NCBI RefSeq assembly: GCF_000150275.1
Contig: NW_002060943.1
Coordinates: 6,688,299 to 6,752,298, forward strand
DNA from: Trichoplax adhaerens
Taxonomy: Eukaryota > Animalia > Placozoa
Reading direction: 5' to 3'
DNA length: 64,000 bases
In this document: positions 1-13,846 of the stretch, one piece after another
Layout of the letters: the number at the start of each line of letters is the position of its first letter
Numbering within the stretch: the first letter of the stretch is position 1
The notes under the pieces: model-generated
What the model was told of the DNA's origin: nothing
The model's input: only the letters and a program-made list of their open reading frames with translations
Databases searched by the model: none
Made by a program: the position numbers and the translations under genes

Positions 1-3000
1 ATAAGATAAGATTACTACTAGATATTTACAATAATGTAAAAATATACGTACGTTCCAGAGTGTTGATCTATTTTACTATGCGTATTTCGCCGTATTTTAA
101 GCCTGTGTGCAAGCTTTAACATGTCATCACAGTCACAAGATCGTTGGCTCTTGAATATGTTTTATAATGAGCAAAATTATTTGTTATAAAGTCAGTTAAT
201 ATGATATAAACGTGTATCTATTTTGTTCTTGAACGATATTGTTCGTTAATAATTTACTTATTGTAATTCGAAGTGTTACAGTAAAATATTCCTACTCATA
301 AATTAAGAATTTGGGCTTTAAAGGGAAATTGCCGTTTTGATTTATAATTATCGCCATTAACCGTAATGTGCAATCTGCTATCGATCATGACGAGATAATA
401 TGTCAACCTATGCAAGTATATCTTTACAGCTATAATAACATCTGATAAAGTGCCTTCTCAAAAATAAAACCAGAATTACAGTTTCTTGTAAACTTTACTT
501 TATTACACAAGTTATGGCTCACCAAACTACTACCAAGGGCTGTCTCTAGACTGTCTATCTTTGGACCACTATACAATCTTTCAATCTCATATACCATTTA
601 TCTGTTTTCTTATAATCTAACAATCTTAGTCTTAGATATATTTGGGGCCGTACTACATAGTGAAGACAAAATAGAGGCGGGTACGTCTAAGGAAGTAAAT
701 CAGGTATCTCCGCCGCACAAATCGCATAATTTTGTACCTGTTATAAGCTTATAAAACCGCATGAGGTCCAGATCAGTGCATTTCGGTGCAAAGGTTAAGC
801 TATGTAGGGAGTCAACAATCAATAAACTCTTCAGACTCAACAAATCTTATGATGAATTATGTTTAATGTTAAGAGTTGTGCTAGTTACGAGAAATATTGG
901 ATACCTTTATTATTATTACTAATTCATTCATTACTAACTCAATTATAATACGTATAAGAAGCATATAACTAATTCGAGTCAAGCTAAGATTCGCTTAGAG
1001 ATCAGTTATTGAAAAGTCCCTATACTAGATGTAAGAAATCAGTAAGAAACTCGTAAGCAAACAGCGGAACCGATTAATCGTTTTAAATAAAATCTTTATT
1101 CGCTTCCCATCTTCATAATAATATTGCACTTATTTTTCTATTACAAATAGTACTCTGAATCAATTTACTACGTTCATAAAACCTCATAAGTTGTAATATT
1201 GAGCCATCATAGTGTTATGACGTCCTGCACGCACCTATGCTCTGATTAGCCTTATAACATAGTAAATGATAACTGCTTATTTTATGCCAGCTATCTACTG
1301 GCATGAAATTGTCAACTAGACATGGATAGACAGTATTTATCTAAGGATTCATGAGCCATCAGAAGCACACATTGCCTTATGTTTAATCTTAAATTAATAA
1401 TACTGTACACGTCTTTCATGGGTTATCGATTCTATTTTTTAACTTCATTGCAAATTGTAAATACTACAGGTTCGATATTGGCACTTTGCTAACATACACA
1501 ATAGCTGAAGTTACCATTTTCTCCATAGTCCAGCACTATTTATAAAATGCAAGATAAAACGCTGAGGCCAATTAATTTAGGATTATATAACGACACTTGC
1601 TAAATTAACAAAATTTTCCAGGAATTTTGGAGTAGCTAAATAAATTCATAAATTGAACCTTATAAGAGAACTTGTTATCTTTAGCTTTGATACTTGGATT
1701 TATCGTAATTTACGAGTATACAATCGAAGACGTTACTCGTTTCATCAGTGTTTAGTAGAGGATTCATTAATTGGCGAAATGTGTGTAGATCACACCCAAT
1801 AAAATTATATTTAGTACTTCAGTATTTTGAATTCTCATTGTATTGCCGTAATGTATTGTAGCCTAAGGCATGTTTGGTAGCGTATTGATGCGAAGACTTT
1901 CGTCGACGATAATATATACGTAGCAATCCGGTCTTGATACCATAAAGAAGTGCTTGATTAAGAGTGAGGTTAAGATGATTTCTTGATAAAATAGTAACGC
2001 ATTTAAAGTAATATCATATATTGCTGAATGATCACTATTTCAGAAATTATAACTACTAGCCGTAGTTTCACCATCCAGCAATTTAGTATTTGCCGGATTT
2101 GTTAGATTCACTACCTTTGAAAGGTTAATTTTTTTGCGGCATGACAAGAAAAAGAATTGTTGGCATTTTGATGAACATGTTTAGATACTTGTACTTTTAA
2201 CGGTGCTTCCCGACGAATTATATTTCAATAGAGCATAAGAAAAAAATATTAACTGACTTGATTTAGTATGCGCTATAATGTTTTCATACTACATTTCAGA
2301 ATACCTACTGTTTGCGGATCCAGTTGGTATTAACCAATTTATTTATAATAAAGTGTATTGCTAGCTAAACCTAGAGAAGGGAGTGGACCCTCTTCAACTA
2401 AAAAAATATTGTATTTTTTCAGCCTTTATAAATTTAATACAAACCACACTGACATGCGATAGTGATTAGATTTAAACCTCATTAAAACATAATTTGATAC
2501 ACAACAGGGTCCGTGCTCTAAATAAATCTTCAATAGAGAATTTTATTGAAGAAATATTAAATGGAATAATCTTATCGACCATTTATCACATAAAAGGTAT
2601 AGCTTGACTAGTGAATCGTTAGCAATGATAACCAGAAAGCTAAAATCTTATCTTAACATAGCAATAATGATGGTATTGAAACAGCCGTTCATCTACAAGT
2701 AAAGGCAGCCTAGCTTGAAGCTGGCAATAAGTATTTCGAAAAATGGCAAAAGAAAAATATTATGTTGAAAGTATTAATTACTTTAATCACACTATTTTAA
2801 CTAGTTAAAAAGAATAGCATGTGTAAGTATGAACTATAGATATAAAATTGTATAAGCTAAATCCATTGCTATGCTAGGAAATGCTCTAATTACGACATCG
2901 CTTCCAAACGAGCATTTTTTAGGGTTGGCCAAGGAAATTAGCGATATCTACGCGATCACAAGACGTTATTATTATAAGTTATAATAATAACAGGTATTTC

Positions 3001-5378
3001 CTAGTTAAGCCAGTACAAAATAAAACCTATTGCAGGTAGGTTGGACTGCATAGTAGCCGGAATAAATAACAGTAACCCGGTAGTTGAAATTAACATACGC
3101 CTTAAGTTAGCTGAAACTTTAAGCACGATGCAAGCTTACTAGCTACGAATCTAGGCCTGATAGTTATTATAAATAAACAAATATCTCGGCAATAAATAAA
3201 TAACACCACGTTTTGGCTTCATTACTAGTTAAGGATTACTATAGAGAATTAACATCAGATAATAACTAGGTGGAATATAATCAAGCGATCTTATCACAAG
3301 TTTTCGTATAATAGCCCAATAATTCAAGCATAACACGTATACTTACGTCCAAGATTTTTTAGCAAAACAATTTACTTACTCCATACATACAAACATTCAT
3401 GATGGAAAATAATATGATGGAGTTGATCAATACCAGAGTATTGCGTCATATATCTGTGCGTTAAGATACGAGTAATTATTTACTAATTGGTGCAGGATCT
3501 ACAAAATATTAAGCAAGTGTTAAAAATATCTAATTTGGGTGCATGCGGAATATTTCATTCTTTCATTCTTTCTGTAAGCATAGTGTTATTGAGATAATGA
3601 CTCATATACTGCACGTCTATCACAGTATTGAAAATTTATCCTACAAAATTGTAAATAAATGATATGCTAATCGCAAATGAGGTACTGCAAGGCATACATT
3701 GATTTGGTTTTCGCGTCATTATTTCTCCGCTCTCTGACGAGGAATATTATGCATCATACTATGTATATGTAACATATACCGATAATGATTTCGGATGGCT
3801 GCCACTGCATTGTATACTTTTACACATTGTACAGCGGGAATCATGTTGCTACATTCGTGCCATGTACGACAAGTTACTGATGAGTTATTTAATGTTTGAT
3901 CAATTTGCTAAGCAACAATATTCTATTTCATAAAGTATCAGCAGACTGTGCATCATTTTAGAAATGAGCGTAGTTAATAATTAATTCTATCACTCTTTTA
4001 TTCAGATACAAGTACACCCATCTATATCAAATGTTCCAATACCTTTTACACCATATTACCGCATCTATTTAGAAATACCATCAGTTTGCATTGTATAGCA
4101 AAGGTATAATTATTTTGGCCAGTGACTCAAAATTTTACACCCCTACCACTTGTACTTTTCCTTATAGCCTATATTTTGTCTTTATCTTAAACTTGACCAA
4201 ACTATTCTATATTCTATATCCCTATTTTCTCACTTTGACTTTACCAATCAATATCTCTTAACAACTTTATTCTGGTCGTTAAATCCAACGTACATAAAGT
4301 AACGTTATATCGAATATTGAAGAGTGTAAATGCAGATGGTAAGCCACATATGCGTGCGGCGGCTAGATCAAATTTTCGTTGATACAGCCATACAGCAATT
4401 CTACTAATCGTTTCTAGGTAGTTGGGCCGCAGAATGTTCAATAACGAGCGAAGGAGTCTATAGTTTTGCTGATGATTGAAAAAAAACTATTATGTACAAG
4501 GCGTCCATAGTATGTCTGCATGTACTTCGTTTATTTTATTTTTATTTATTGTTATTACTTTTATTTTGTTTTGGTCAATACTTTTGTTCAATCGATAAAC
4601 ACCTTGACAATCTCTTATGCATGACCTGAATTCTTTTACAGCGATTTTGTTAATGCTATCATCATCGCCGGAAAGAGCGAGTAGATTGTGCCATTTTAAC
4701 TATTAAATCACGCATTCCTCAATCTTTTGGACTAGACGCAGCAATTCTAGTCTCCAATGCAGTCTATGACTTACAGTCAGTCACGGCAGTATCATAGAAA
4801 TGGAAATTGCCATTTTTTAATAGTATACTACGGGTAGCAATTTACATGTTTTCCACTGTATAATTTAGTGTAAAGCAGTAGGCAAGTTAGTTCAATGAGT
4901 TCTGCAGTCCTCACACTGTAGTACGGTGATGGCGAAGAACTAGAGCTATAAGTTTAAAATTAACATGCGTTATATCTTCAGTTATTTTTGTAATCAATAC
5001 ATTCATATATGTACGTGTACATTTATTTAGACATGATGGTATTTTTTTTTTTGCCAGGACGTTAATTATTTGGAGGTTAAAGAAAACCTCTAATCTTCCG
5101 TACAATCTATAGTATACGAGTACAGCCTGTTACTACAGTTGTAAGTCATAACATCGTATTTAATTGAATTAGTTATGATTACACCTAATCATACTTTGCA
5201 TGATCGTTGTAATCGGATGCATTGAATGATATAAGCCGTTGGTGAAGACTTTCAATCCTCTATTTCAAGTACTGTAGTAAGCAATTAGTATTTACTGTCT
5301 GTACAGAACCATTGGTGTTTAACTGTACACGCATTATTATAGCAGTTTTAGATTAAGCTGTGCTAATATACAGTATAC

Positions 5379-5580
5379 GATACGAGTCTAGGAAGACCTG
5401 TAGGTTATCCTCGTGTTGTAAACGTTTCAGAGGTCGCTGGAAGTAGAATAAAAGTTCACTTTTACATTTTGATAGCATGCTACGCTGATATATACTGTAG
5501 TCTATATGATACGAGTATGAGAAGACCTTCAAGGTTATCCTCGTATTGGAAACGTTTCTGAGGTTGCTTAAGCTAGAAAA
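5379..5580. repeat. Degenerate tandem duplication, period about 129 bp, upstream of SERGEF
   Basis: GATACGAGT..GAAGACCT..GGTTATCCTCGT..AAACGTTTC.GAGGT.GCT occurs at 5379 and again at 5508; a fainter copy (GAAGACTTTCAATCCTC) is near 5244. Confidence 0.8.
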
Positions 5581-5780
5581 GCTATCTGTAGTATATTGGA
5601 CAATCGGAGCTACATCCTATTAACTAATCGCCTCGGTACAAGCTCAGAAAGATTACAATTATAATGGAATTATTGTCGTATGTCAAGGTTTTAGTCTCTA
5701 TTTTATGCTGTTAGCAGTTGTTATTTATTGACTGTCAGTGCACAACCATCAAGCAAAAATCAAGCCTCAGCAATGGCCAA

Positions 5781-5910
5781 GTACTGTACAGTATAGTACA
5801 AGCGCGACTGTATCGACAGCAGGCTAACCCAGACTCCCGTTATACTCTATACGAGAGTCGTATAGCAGTGTACTATGCTGGATATCAAAATTACGGCCTA
5901 TACTGTACTT
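5781..5910. promoter_or_regulatory. Putative SERGEF promoter region with ACTGTACAGT-type palindromic motifs
   Basis: GTACTGTACAGTA at 5781, CAGTGTACT and TACTGTACT lie 130-260 bp upstream of the SERGEF ATG; same motif family as at the other housekeeping 5' ends. Promoter function is inferred from position. Confidence 0.5.
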
Positions 5911-6039
5911 GGCTTTGCCACTGCAAACTGCTCAATTGATTTTGTTTGGAGTCAACGACAGCAGGTAAGCGATTACTGCAACAAGATATTGAAACTGTCA
6001 AATGCCTAATGGTCTTGCTCCATCCTTTGGATTGTAATG

Positions 6040-9000
6040 ATGGAAGTTTACTCATGGGTATGATAATAATTATATGAATTGGGTAGAGTGGAATGTAAGC
6101 TTATTTTCTGTGAATGTAATGTTGACGATGCAGCCTAGTAAGATGTACAGTGTTCATCATCTATTGCGGATTACTTTTAGTAAATGCTATCATTTGCCAA
6201 CAGGGTGCTAACAGCTATGGTCAACTAGGCCTTGGCCATACCGATGATAAAATAACTCCTCAAAAAATGCCCAATCTAAATTTTAAGCCCAAGTGGATTG
6301 GTGGAGGAGGTGGACATAGTGTTTTCTTAGACGGTAAATTGGACATTAAAATAATACTTGATACAATTATGGTAGTATAAACTGATGTAGGCCTGGGCTG
6401 TCTTATAACCTTGCCAGTTGACTTAATTACAGTATCAACTCTACTCATGTCCCCAGACAAGGATTGTTGTATCCTTCTCGACCAAAGACGTCCATATTGT
6501 GCCTTTTAAAATGATACTAACCCTACTCCTTCATAAATCCGACATCCTAGTGATAATTATTGATCGGTAGAGAGGTAGACTTGATCCAATTCTTGTTAAT
6601 GTCAATACATGCACAGTAGCGACTCTACTCATGTCCCCAGACAATGATTGTTTTATCCTTCTCGACCAAAGATGTCCATATTGTGTCATTAAAATGATAC
6701 TAATCCTACTCCTTCATGAATCCAACGTCCTAGTGACAATTATTGATCGGTAGAGGTAGACTTGATCCAATTCTTGTTAGTATCAATGGATATACTGCCT
6801 TTACAAATGGTTTGGCGATATTTGGTGTAGGTAAAGTAGTACTTCCAGTATAAGAGTTTAAAGTATCCAATGTACAGCTCTCCAAGATGTGAATACTGTG
6901 ATTCCACTTTTAGACTCATTTTTGTTTCTGCGAGCATGTGTAAGTTAGTGGTTACTAGATGACAGTTAGAGTAGTACTACGCACGTACTCAAAGTAAATG
7001 ATTTATTTCTAATCAAGTGTATGTTGCAGAAACTGGCGAATTATATGCTTGTGGATGGAATAACAATGGTCAGTTAGGACTTGAACATCAGGATAACGTA
7101 ACTCGATTACAAAAATTGTCTTTACCGATTCGAATGCAGAAGGTTGCGTGTGGATGGAATCATACAATTGCTTTATCTGGTAATCGCAACAGCATCGTTT
7201 TTATTGCACTATTGGAAACATAAATTGTATTGGATGATATAGATATTTCTATTTGTGCTACAGCCAAATTTACAGCTAGTAATATTAAAATTTATACCAT
7301 CATATAAGTCATGTTGGTTGCCATAATGGCTGTGTACCCTGGTTATAGTAGTCTATGCTTATTTGCACAGTCTATATCGAGCATTCATTGCTACCGAAAC
7401 AACAAGATATTCTTGTATGCTCGCCTTATAAATTCATAGTATGTTTGCTGCCATAGAGTTTTTATCAAATATTTTAACCACATAGACTGTAGCACTATTA
7501 AATTAATTAAAGCTATCTTTCGTGTCGTAATTTAGTTAGTAATCTTGAATCTAACGACGATATTACAGTATTATCTTATTGATACTATACGCGCATAGTG
7601 GAAGGAAAATTATATTCATGGGGTTCCAATGCTTTTGGGCAGCTTGGTCACAGCCCTTGCAGCCGAGGCAGTATCATCAACACTCCAACACTTATCGAGG
7701 TAGTATTATGAATCTACTTTATAGTCTGGTAACATGACAAGCATTCTTTACACCTTGATTAAGTTGTTAAGTATACATACAACTGAAAACATAATTAATA
7801 ATTCTAGTAGTTTATTCTGTTAGTATTTATGAAATCTTCGTATCCACCGCAGGATATTAGCGATAGAGAATTTATTGATACGTGTGCAGGCCTAAGGCAT
7901 ACTCATGCAGTTGAAGGTTAGACAAAAATCTATTTATTATAATTTTATAATTATTACTTAAAAGCTTGATGAATTTATGACACTTATGTACACTGATAAA
8001 CGACATTGACATACAGCTTGTGGTCAAACATGGTCATGGGGAGCTTGTAAAAAAGGGCAGTTAGGAATCGGAGAACGAATGGATATTGTAGAGAAGCCGG
8101 TGTTGAGTGAGTTACAACTACTAACAGACTATATCGATATGCGATTAAGCCAACTTTTTATATACAACATCGCCATTAAAATACAAGTATTACTCACGGC
8201 AGTAAAGTAGTAAAATTCAGTCCAACGATATTGATAGTAAGATGGTCTTTGTATTAATACCTCAAATTTTTTCCGACGGTAAATAGTTTCAACGCTTCGT
8301 GGCATCAGAGTTAAGAAAGTAGTCGCAGGTTCCTATCATTCCGCATGCTTAACAGGTTAGTTTTTTTCCCGGAAAGATAGTGTATCGTCGAAAACATATT
8401 AACTTTTCTTGACTATTGTTGTTTCTGTAACTAAACTGAACAAGAATGTGGAGAGGTCTTCTGTTGGGGAAGCAATCGATACGGTCAATGTACTTTAGCC
8501 GATAAAACAGAGTCTCTAATCCCTGTTAAGATTAGCTCTGAAAGTTGCGTCAATAAATGCTTTATAGATATTCATAGTGGTTGGAGTCATGTTGTCGCCG
8601 TTGTTGGTAAGTGGCTAAAATGTAACACATATTGATAGCAATCTCCATGATAGTTCAGTTCGAAAGGTAATGAATTTTTTAAAATGTTACAGAAGGAGGT
8701 ATTGTCTACAGTTGGGGTCGATGCGACTACGGCCAATTAGGATATACTGAATTATCGGACGGTGACTCAAAACGATACCAACAAGAACCTGCTTGTGTTC
8801 CGAATTTACATGATTTAAGACAAATTGCATGTGGCTCTGAACATAACATCGTTATATCAGGTTTATAACTCGCAAAACAAAAATCATTATTTTCTTAAAG
8901 AAACATAAAAAAAGTTTATTTGAATTGCTAAAAAAATTTTCTAGACAAAGGCAAGTTGTTATCTTGGGGCTGGAATGAACACGGCATGTGTGGATCTGGA

Positions 9001-9117
9001 GGCGAGATAAATGTAAATAAACCAGCTTCGGTGGTAGGCGTGACAGACTACAACTATACTGCAATTTTAATAGGATGTGGCGCTGGACATACTTTTGCAG
9101 TGATAAATTGTTCATAG
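6040..9117 (+). CDS. SERGEF: Secretion-regulating guanine nucleotide exchange factor (RCC1-repeat beta-propeller, DelGEF), about 374 aa, 10 exons
   Basis: GT-AG exons 6040-6057, 6204-6333, 7030-7179, 7599-7699, 7853-7916, 8017-8106, 8287-8355, 8445-8606, 8693-8860, 8945-9117 join in frame (1125 nt). Motifs WGANSYGQLGLGH, GGGGHS, VACGW, AGLRH, SGWSHVVA, WGRCDYGQLG, CGSEHN, SWGWNEHGMCG and GCGAGH match SERGEF in order. An in-frame ATG also exists at 6037. Confidence 0.92.
6429..6786. repeat. Two-copy tandem duplication, period 184 bp, in SERGEF intron 2
   Basis: ACTCTACTCATGTCCCCAGACAA.GATTGTT.TATCCTTCTCGACCAAAGA...GGTAGACTTGATCCAATTCTTGTTA starts at 6438 and again at 6622, with high identity. 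Confidence 0.93.
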
Positions 9118-9501
9118 CTAATCGCTGCATGTCATTATTCTACAAGAAGAACTACATAGATACAACTACATAGCTGCACTCTTTTAATTACAATAATATT
9201 TATACATACTACAGTGGTATCATACATATATGTATATATATACAGTATATTTCTCACTATATATACATAAATATACGTATAGTCGGATTAATTCAAATTT
9301 TTGATATTCAGGACGTAAATTTCTCTATTAATTTAAACGCATAGAGTACCATTGGGTATTATATTCGAAAACGACATGTATAATAAAATTCAAAGATGTC
9401 ATATCATGGACTCCTAATGGTAGCGTCGTAAAGTATCTCTGAACGCAATATCAATAGCAATTATAGTATAAATGCCATCGTGATATTCCATTAGATTGCC
9501 C

Positions 9502-12500
9502 TTAGATTTTACGCTTCACTCTATCTTCTACTGCTTCCGAAATCGATTTAAAGTTTTCTTTCTGAAGAATTTCTATTAAATTTTGTAGGTTAGCTTTACT
9601 ACCGTCTCTTAACTTCCAAGTTTCGAGCACAGCACGAGCTCGAGAATTAGTATCGTCATAATCCTTTTCGATTCGTTTGATATCTTCATACCGCAGCCCA
9701 AATGCGTCAGCTAACGCTTTCCAATCCGTACTGATTAAATCAGCCACTAAAGGAAATACTGCTGATACTCCTGCAAAGTATAGTGTTTATTATATGGTTA
9801 CTTACACTATGCATTACTGGCATGGAGTGTCAGCAATTTATTTGCAGAATAAATATTTTAGTAATAGTAACGCCCTACCAGAAACGGTTCGGATACTTTC
9901 TCGTCTAAAGACGGTATAGCCTTCTGTTGGATTCTACAAATTTCGCGATTACAGGTTAATGGCATAAATTATAAACATATGTAATAGATATCTTAGCGAA
10001 AGTTGTCCCTATACTGTAATAGTCAACATATCGATTATAGCAAACATTTAGCATATTACTTTTCCTGCCAGAAATATTAGCAGCCGTATTTACTGAAAAA
10101 TTGAAGATACTTGACAATTATACTTAATACGTACCATAAGTAAAATAAAGTGGCCTTCACGGTCCGCTGGACTTTGCACTTCAGACTGAGGTGATTCGCT
10201 CTTATCTGGTATCTTAGTAATTGAAACCCTTCCAAATGGACCAGATCTACTACTGTCATCAATAAATTTACATAAAAATTCTACTTTTGTATTTCTTCCA
10301 CGAAAATTAATAGTTTTTTCCAAACTATTATCAGCCCATGCATAATCCCCAGCCTCAAATTTACCAGTAATTTTAATTTTATATTGGCCTACGTTTAATA
10401 ATAGTTCCTCGGATTGGCCAACAACAGAACTAAAACGTTCATATATTTGCATTTCTTCACCTTTAGGTGCAATGGTGACAATCAGAGCAAAGTTTCCTTC
10501 TTCATCTTCCGTATCGCCGATAAATGCATTACATTTAACATAAGTCATTTTACGTTCGTAATGGTTAGCAGGACCTAACTGAAATGCTGTCAGCATCGAA
10601 TTTGTGACGAAATCATACAAAACCGTAATTAAGGAGAAGTGTTCAATTGAAAACGTTACATATAGCAAGCCGTCATCATCAGAGGAGATTTTATGAGTTA
10701 TATGTAGTCTTTCCCAACAAGGCTCTTCATCCTCTGATGTACGACTAGTCCAAATAGATAGAGGAAATTTTTGGATAATCTCATTATCGTAACCACATCT
10801 GCTTGCAATATCTTCAAAATCAGGTAACGGAAGAGTCAACTCTACAGCATCAGTTTCTGAAGGTGCAAAACAGTAACCATTTGGTGTGAGAATAACGATT
10901 GGAGATGCTTGAGCTGGTAGATGAGGCTCTGTTACTTCAATGGCATAAGGCTGATCAATATATACGACTTTACACGCAACCTTGACGTTATCCGTTAATA
11001 CGCATGATGGGACTCGTAATTGGACACCTGGTGCACTAGGTACTCCTATTATACCACCACTTTCAGCCAACATCTCTTGACAAACCATTGGATTAGGAAT
11101 AATTGAAGCTTCTAGTATGTTTTAATAAGAAGCACCAACACATCAACTAGCAATAAGTAAGAAGGGAAATAGCTATAAGGACTTACCAAAAGGGTCACTA
11201 ATTTCAATTATGGGATCAGGGGTTGAGCTAAATAATCGATCAATTAAACGAGCTATGAATTTAAAATAAAGAGATTCATTTTAATTCTTTAAGTAACGAA
11301 ATCCTTGTAATTTCTTGAGTCAAATTTAGTTTTGTAGTAAGTTTGTAATTTAGTTACAGTATAAAAATGACGTATTATAGATATATTGAATGGGTGATTA
11401 GCAGAGACAGTTTTAAGTGTTTGAAATAGTTATAATTGTTTAACATAGATTATATAAACTAACAATGAAAGAGGTCTGTTATTCTTGATTCCGATAGACC
11501 ATCTGGGGATTCATGTGAGGGTACAGCACGTTTAGTATTTTGGTTCTCTTTTGCCTATAGCCAAAAATCAGTATAGATGATATATATCAGAGTGTAATCA
11601 GCAAAAAATCGCAAACCATTAAATGACAAGGTTGTTGCAACAACGTTTATTGTAGCGCATTAGAATTTAGATTGATTTGGCTGCTGTCTTGTAATACAGT
11701 ATAAATGCATCCCTTTGGGTACAAAAGGAAGCGAACGCAATTGATATAATTAATTACCGGATCAAATTCTTCTAGCATAATTTTCAATTGATCTCCAATT
11801 TGTTGGGCATTCTTTTCATAAACATTAAAGGGATTTGTAAGAGTCCTATGAAGTACTATAGTCAAGAGATGCTCCATTTTATAATTTCCTAACATCAAGA
11901 TATTAACTCCTTCCAGAAAACGTTTCAAATCCTTAACGTATGTGACAGCCCAACGAGTTAAAATCCCATTCCATCCATAACTATGTAATGAATTACTATC
12001 ATTATGGTTCTCTACTTCTCCGTAATGAATCGCAAAATTAAACAAGTCCTGGACTATTAATTTAATATCTAAAAATGATATTAAGGAAACAACTGATAAG
12101 TATACCTCCATAATGTTATTTTACTTCTAATCGATTTAGTAATCATTGCACTGTGTATATCATAAATTATAAATGTTTACGAGCTAGGCAAAGCGGCAGA
12201 GTAAACCCTTTAGTACTCAAACTTCGCACTAACCTATATATGAACCTGTCGTATTATCTAGTGTTTCCCGTAATCGACTGGCTATCGCAGAAATGTCTAA
12301 ATATTAAATATAAGGAATGATATGCGTTACCAATCACTCTTTTAAGCATTCTATACATACAACTTACATTGTTCACCTACCGTTATTATATTCAGCTGCA
12401 TTATTATCACTCATGGCTAATTCATTGCCGAAAAAAAAATAACGATACGAAGTACAAATAATGCATAATTAATACAACAAACATCACTATACATTATCCT

Positions 12501-13846
12501 TATAAAGCTACACTATGTACCTTACTATGATTATATGCAAGGAGTCTCACTCTCCGTAAAGTAATTGTAGAAAAGTTAGGTTACATCTAATAATTATAAA
12601 TATATTTAACATTCCAAAAATTAGGCCATTCGATGATGTAGGCCTATGAGAAACATAAGCTGCATATTTTGATTTCCTATCATTGGTTACATTATCGCGC
12701 GATTTGCTATCTAATCAAATTGAGATCTATAATTTATAATCAAATAAGTGTGTGCTACCATAACTTGCCAAGACAAGATTTTATGCTATAATTGTATTTA
12801 AATGGAGCTTTTACTTAATGTAGAATACTATAGATAAATTTAGACCCCCAATTAGAACAAAAGACAGATACTAAACTCTGTACAGTAGCAGTAGTATATT
12901 CAATCATAATCACATAAAATTGGCAGTCTAATTTTATTTTTTTATATTATCGTCTAAGATTTAAATGATCAATCACTCTAGATAGCGTACCTTCGTAAGT
13001 GTGTAATTCCTTTTCTGTTACTTCCATTTCTTTCATCTGTTGATGCTTGTGTGGAAGTGAGGAAAACATACTAAAATGTACGATATGCTGATATTAATAG
13101 TAAATTTCAACAATAAGTACAGTACTTTTAATACAGGTTGTTCAAACATTCAATGTATCCATGAAGTGTCAGATTATACGATTCCATTACGATTTAATGA
13201 GTTGATCATTTAATACGGGACATGGTCTAGCATGATTATAAAGTTGTAGAAGAAAATAAAGCCTATTCCCTACACTGAAATCTTTCAATGTATTAGTAGT
13301 ATCAGATTACTGTACATAATTGAATTGGGATGTGGATGAGCTTGTCATCTGATACTGGGGACAAGCTACATTCTAATTTCGATTTCTAGATGAAAATACT
13401 CTGCAATCTTTCAATGTATTCATGGCAGTATCCGATTACATAATTGAACTGGGATTTGGCAGAACTAGTTCTCTCCATACTAGATATGGGCATGCTAGAC
13501 TGTATAGCATCATTATTCAATCTTTAGATTATTTAACTTGATTTATGTTTAGTTATCATGCAGAGCGATAACTTGCTGACTTAATCAACCAGCTAATCAG
13601 AATATTGTAAGCATGATTGTTCAGTCACAACTTTAATTAAAGCGTAGCTACAGTTGCTAACTGTCATTGAAGATAACCGTGTCCTAGCATACTGTTCTGA
13701 ACGTCATTGCATGCTTAACGAATTTTTTCAACAGTACTAATCCGTGTTGTACTGGCCTTAGAGGTATGGCACTATCGATGCAACAACTCTGAATAAACAT
13801 TTCAGAAAAATGCAAGTTACAGTACTTACTCAGCAGACGAGCTCAT
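9502..13846 (-). CDS. ZU5(HFS)-UPA-death domain protein with helical N-terminal region (PIDD1/UNC5CL/DTHD1-like), about 654 aa
   Basis: Minus-strand exons 13846-13830, 13070-12991, 12416-12381, 12296-12234, 12068-11758, 11554-11464, 11252-11187, 11111-10135, 9933-9879, 9770-9502 join in frame (1965 nt). ZU5 signature GGIIGVPSAPGVQLRVP...ASPIVILTPNG...VELTLPLP...IEHFS, then a beta-rich UPA-like region, then a death domain (DWKALADAFGL..EDIKRIE...ARAVLETW...ANLQNLIEIL). The first 2-3 exons are less certain; alternative starts at 13069 or 12414. Confidence 0.8.
13141..13500. repeat. Three degenerate tandem copies, period about 126-135 bp, in the first intron of the ZU5-DD gene
   Basis: TCAATGTAT..AGT(G/A)TC.GATTA recurs at 13150, 13285 and 13411; copies 2 and 3 also share CATAATTGAA.TGGGAT.TGG. 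Confidence 0.75.

Noticed and set aside
1-5200. Protein-coding gene in the first 5 kb
   Set aside because: Only short non-descript ORFs and no consistent exon chain; small exons of a gene extending outside the window cannot be excluded.
5961-5970. Strong donor CAG|GTAAGC just upstream of the SERGEF ATG
   Set aside because: No suitable acceptor before the ATG at a plausible intron length; it may be an alternative non-coding first exon but cannot be supported from sequence alone.
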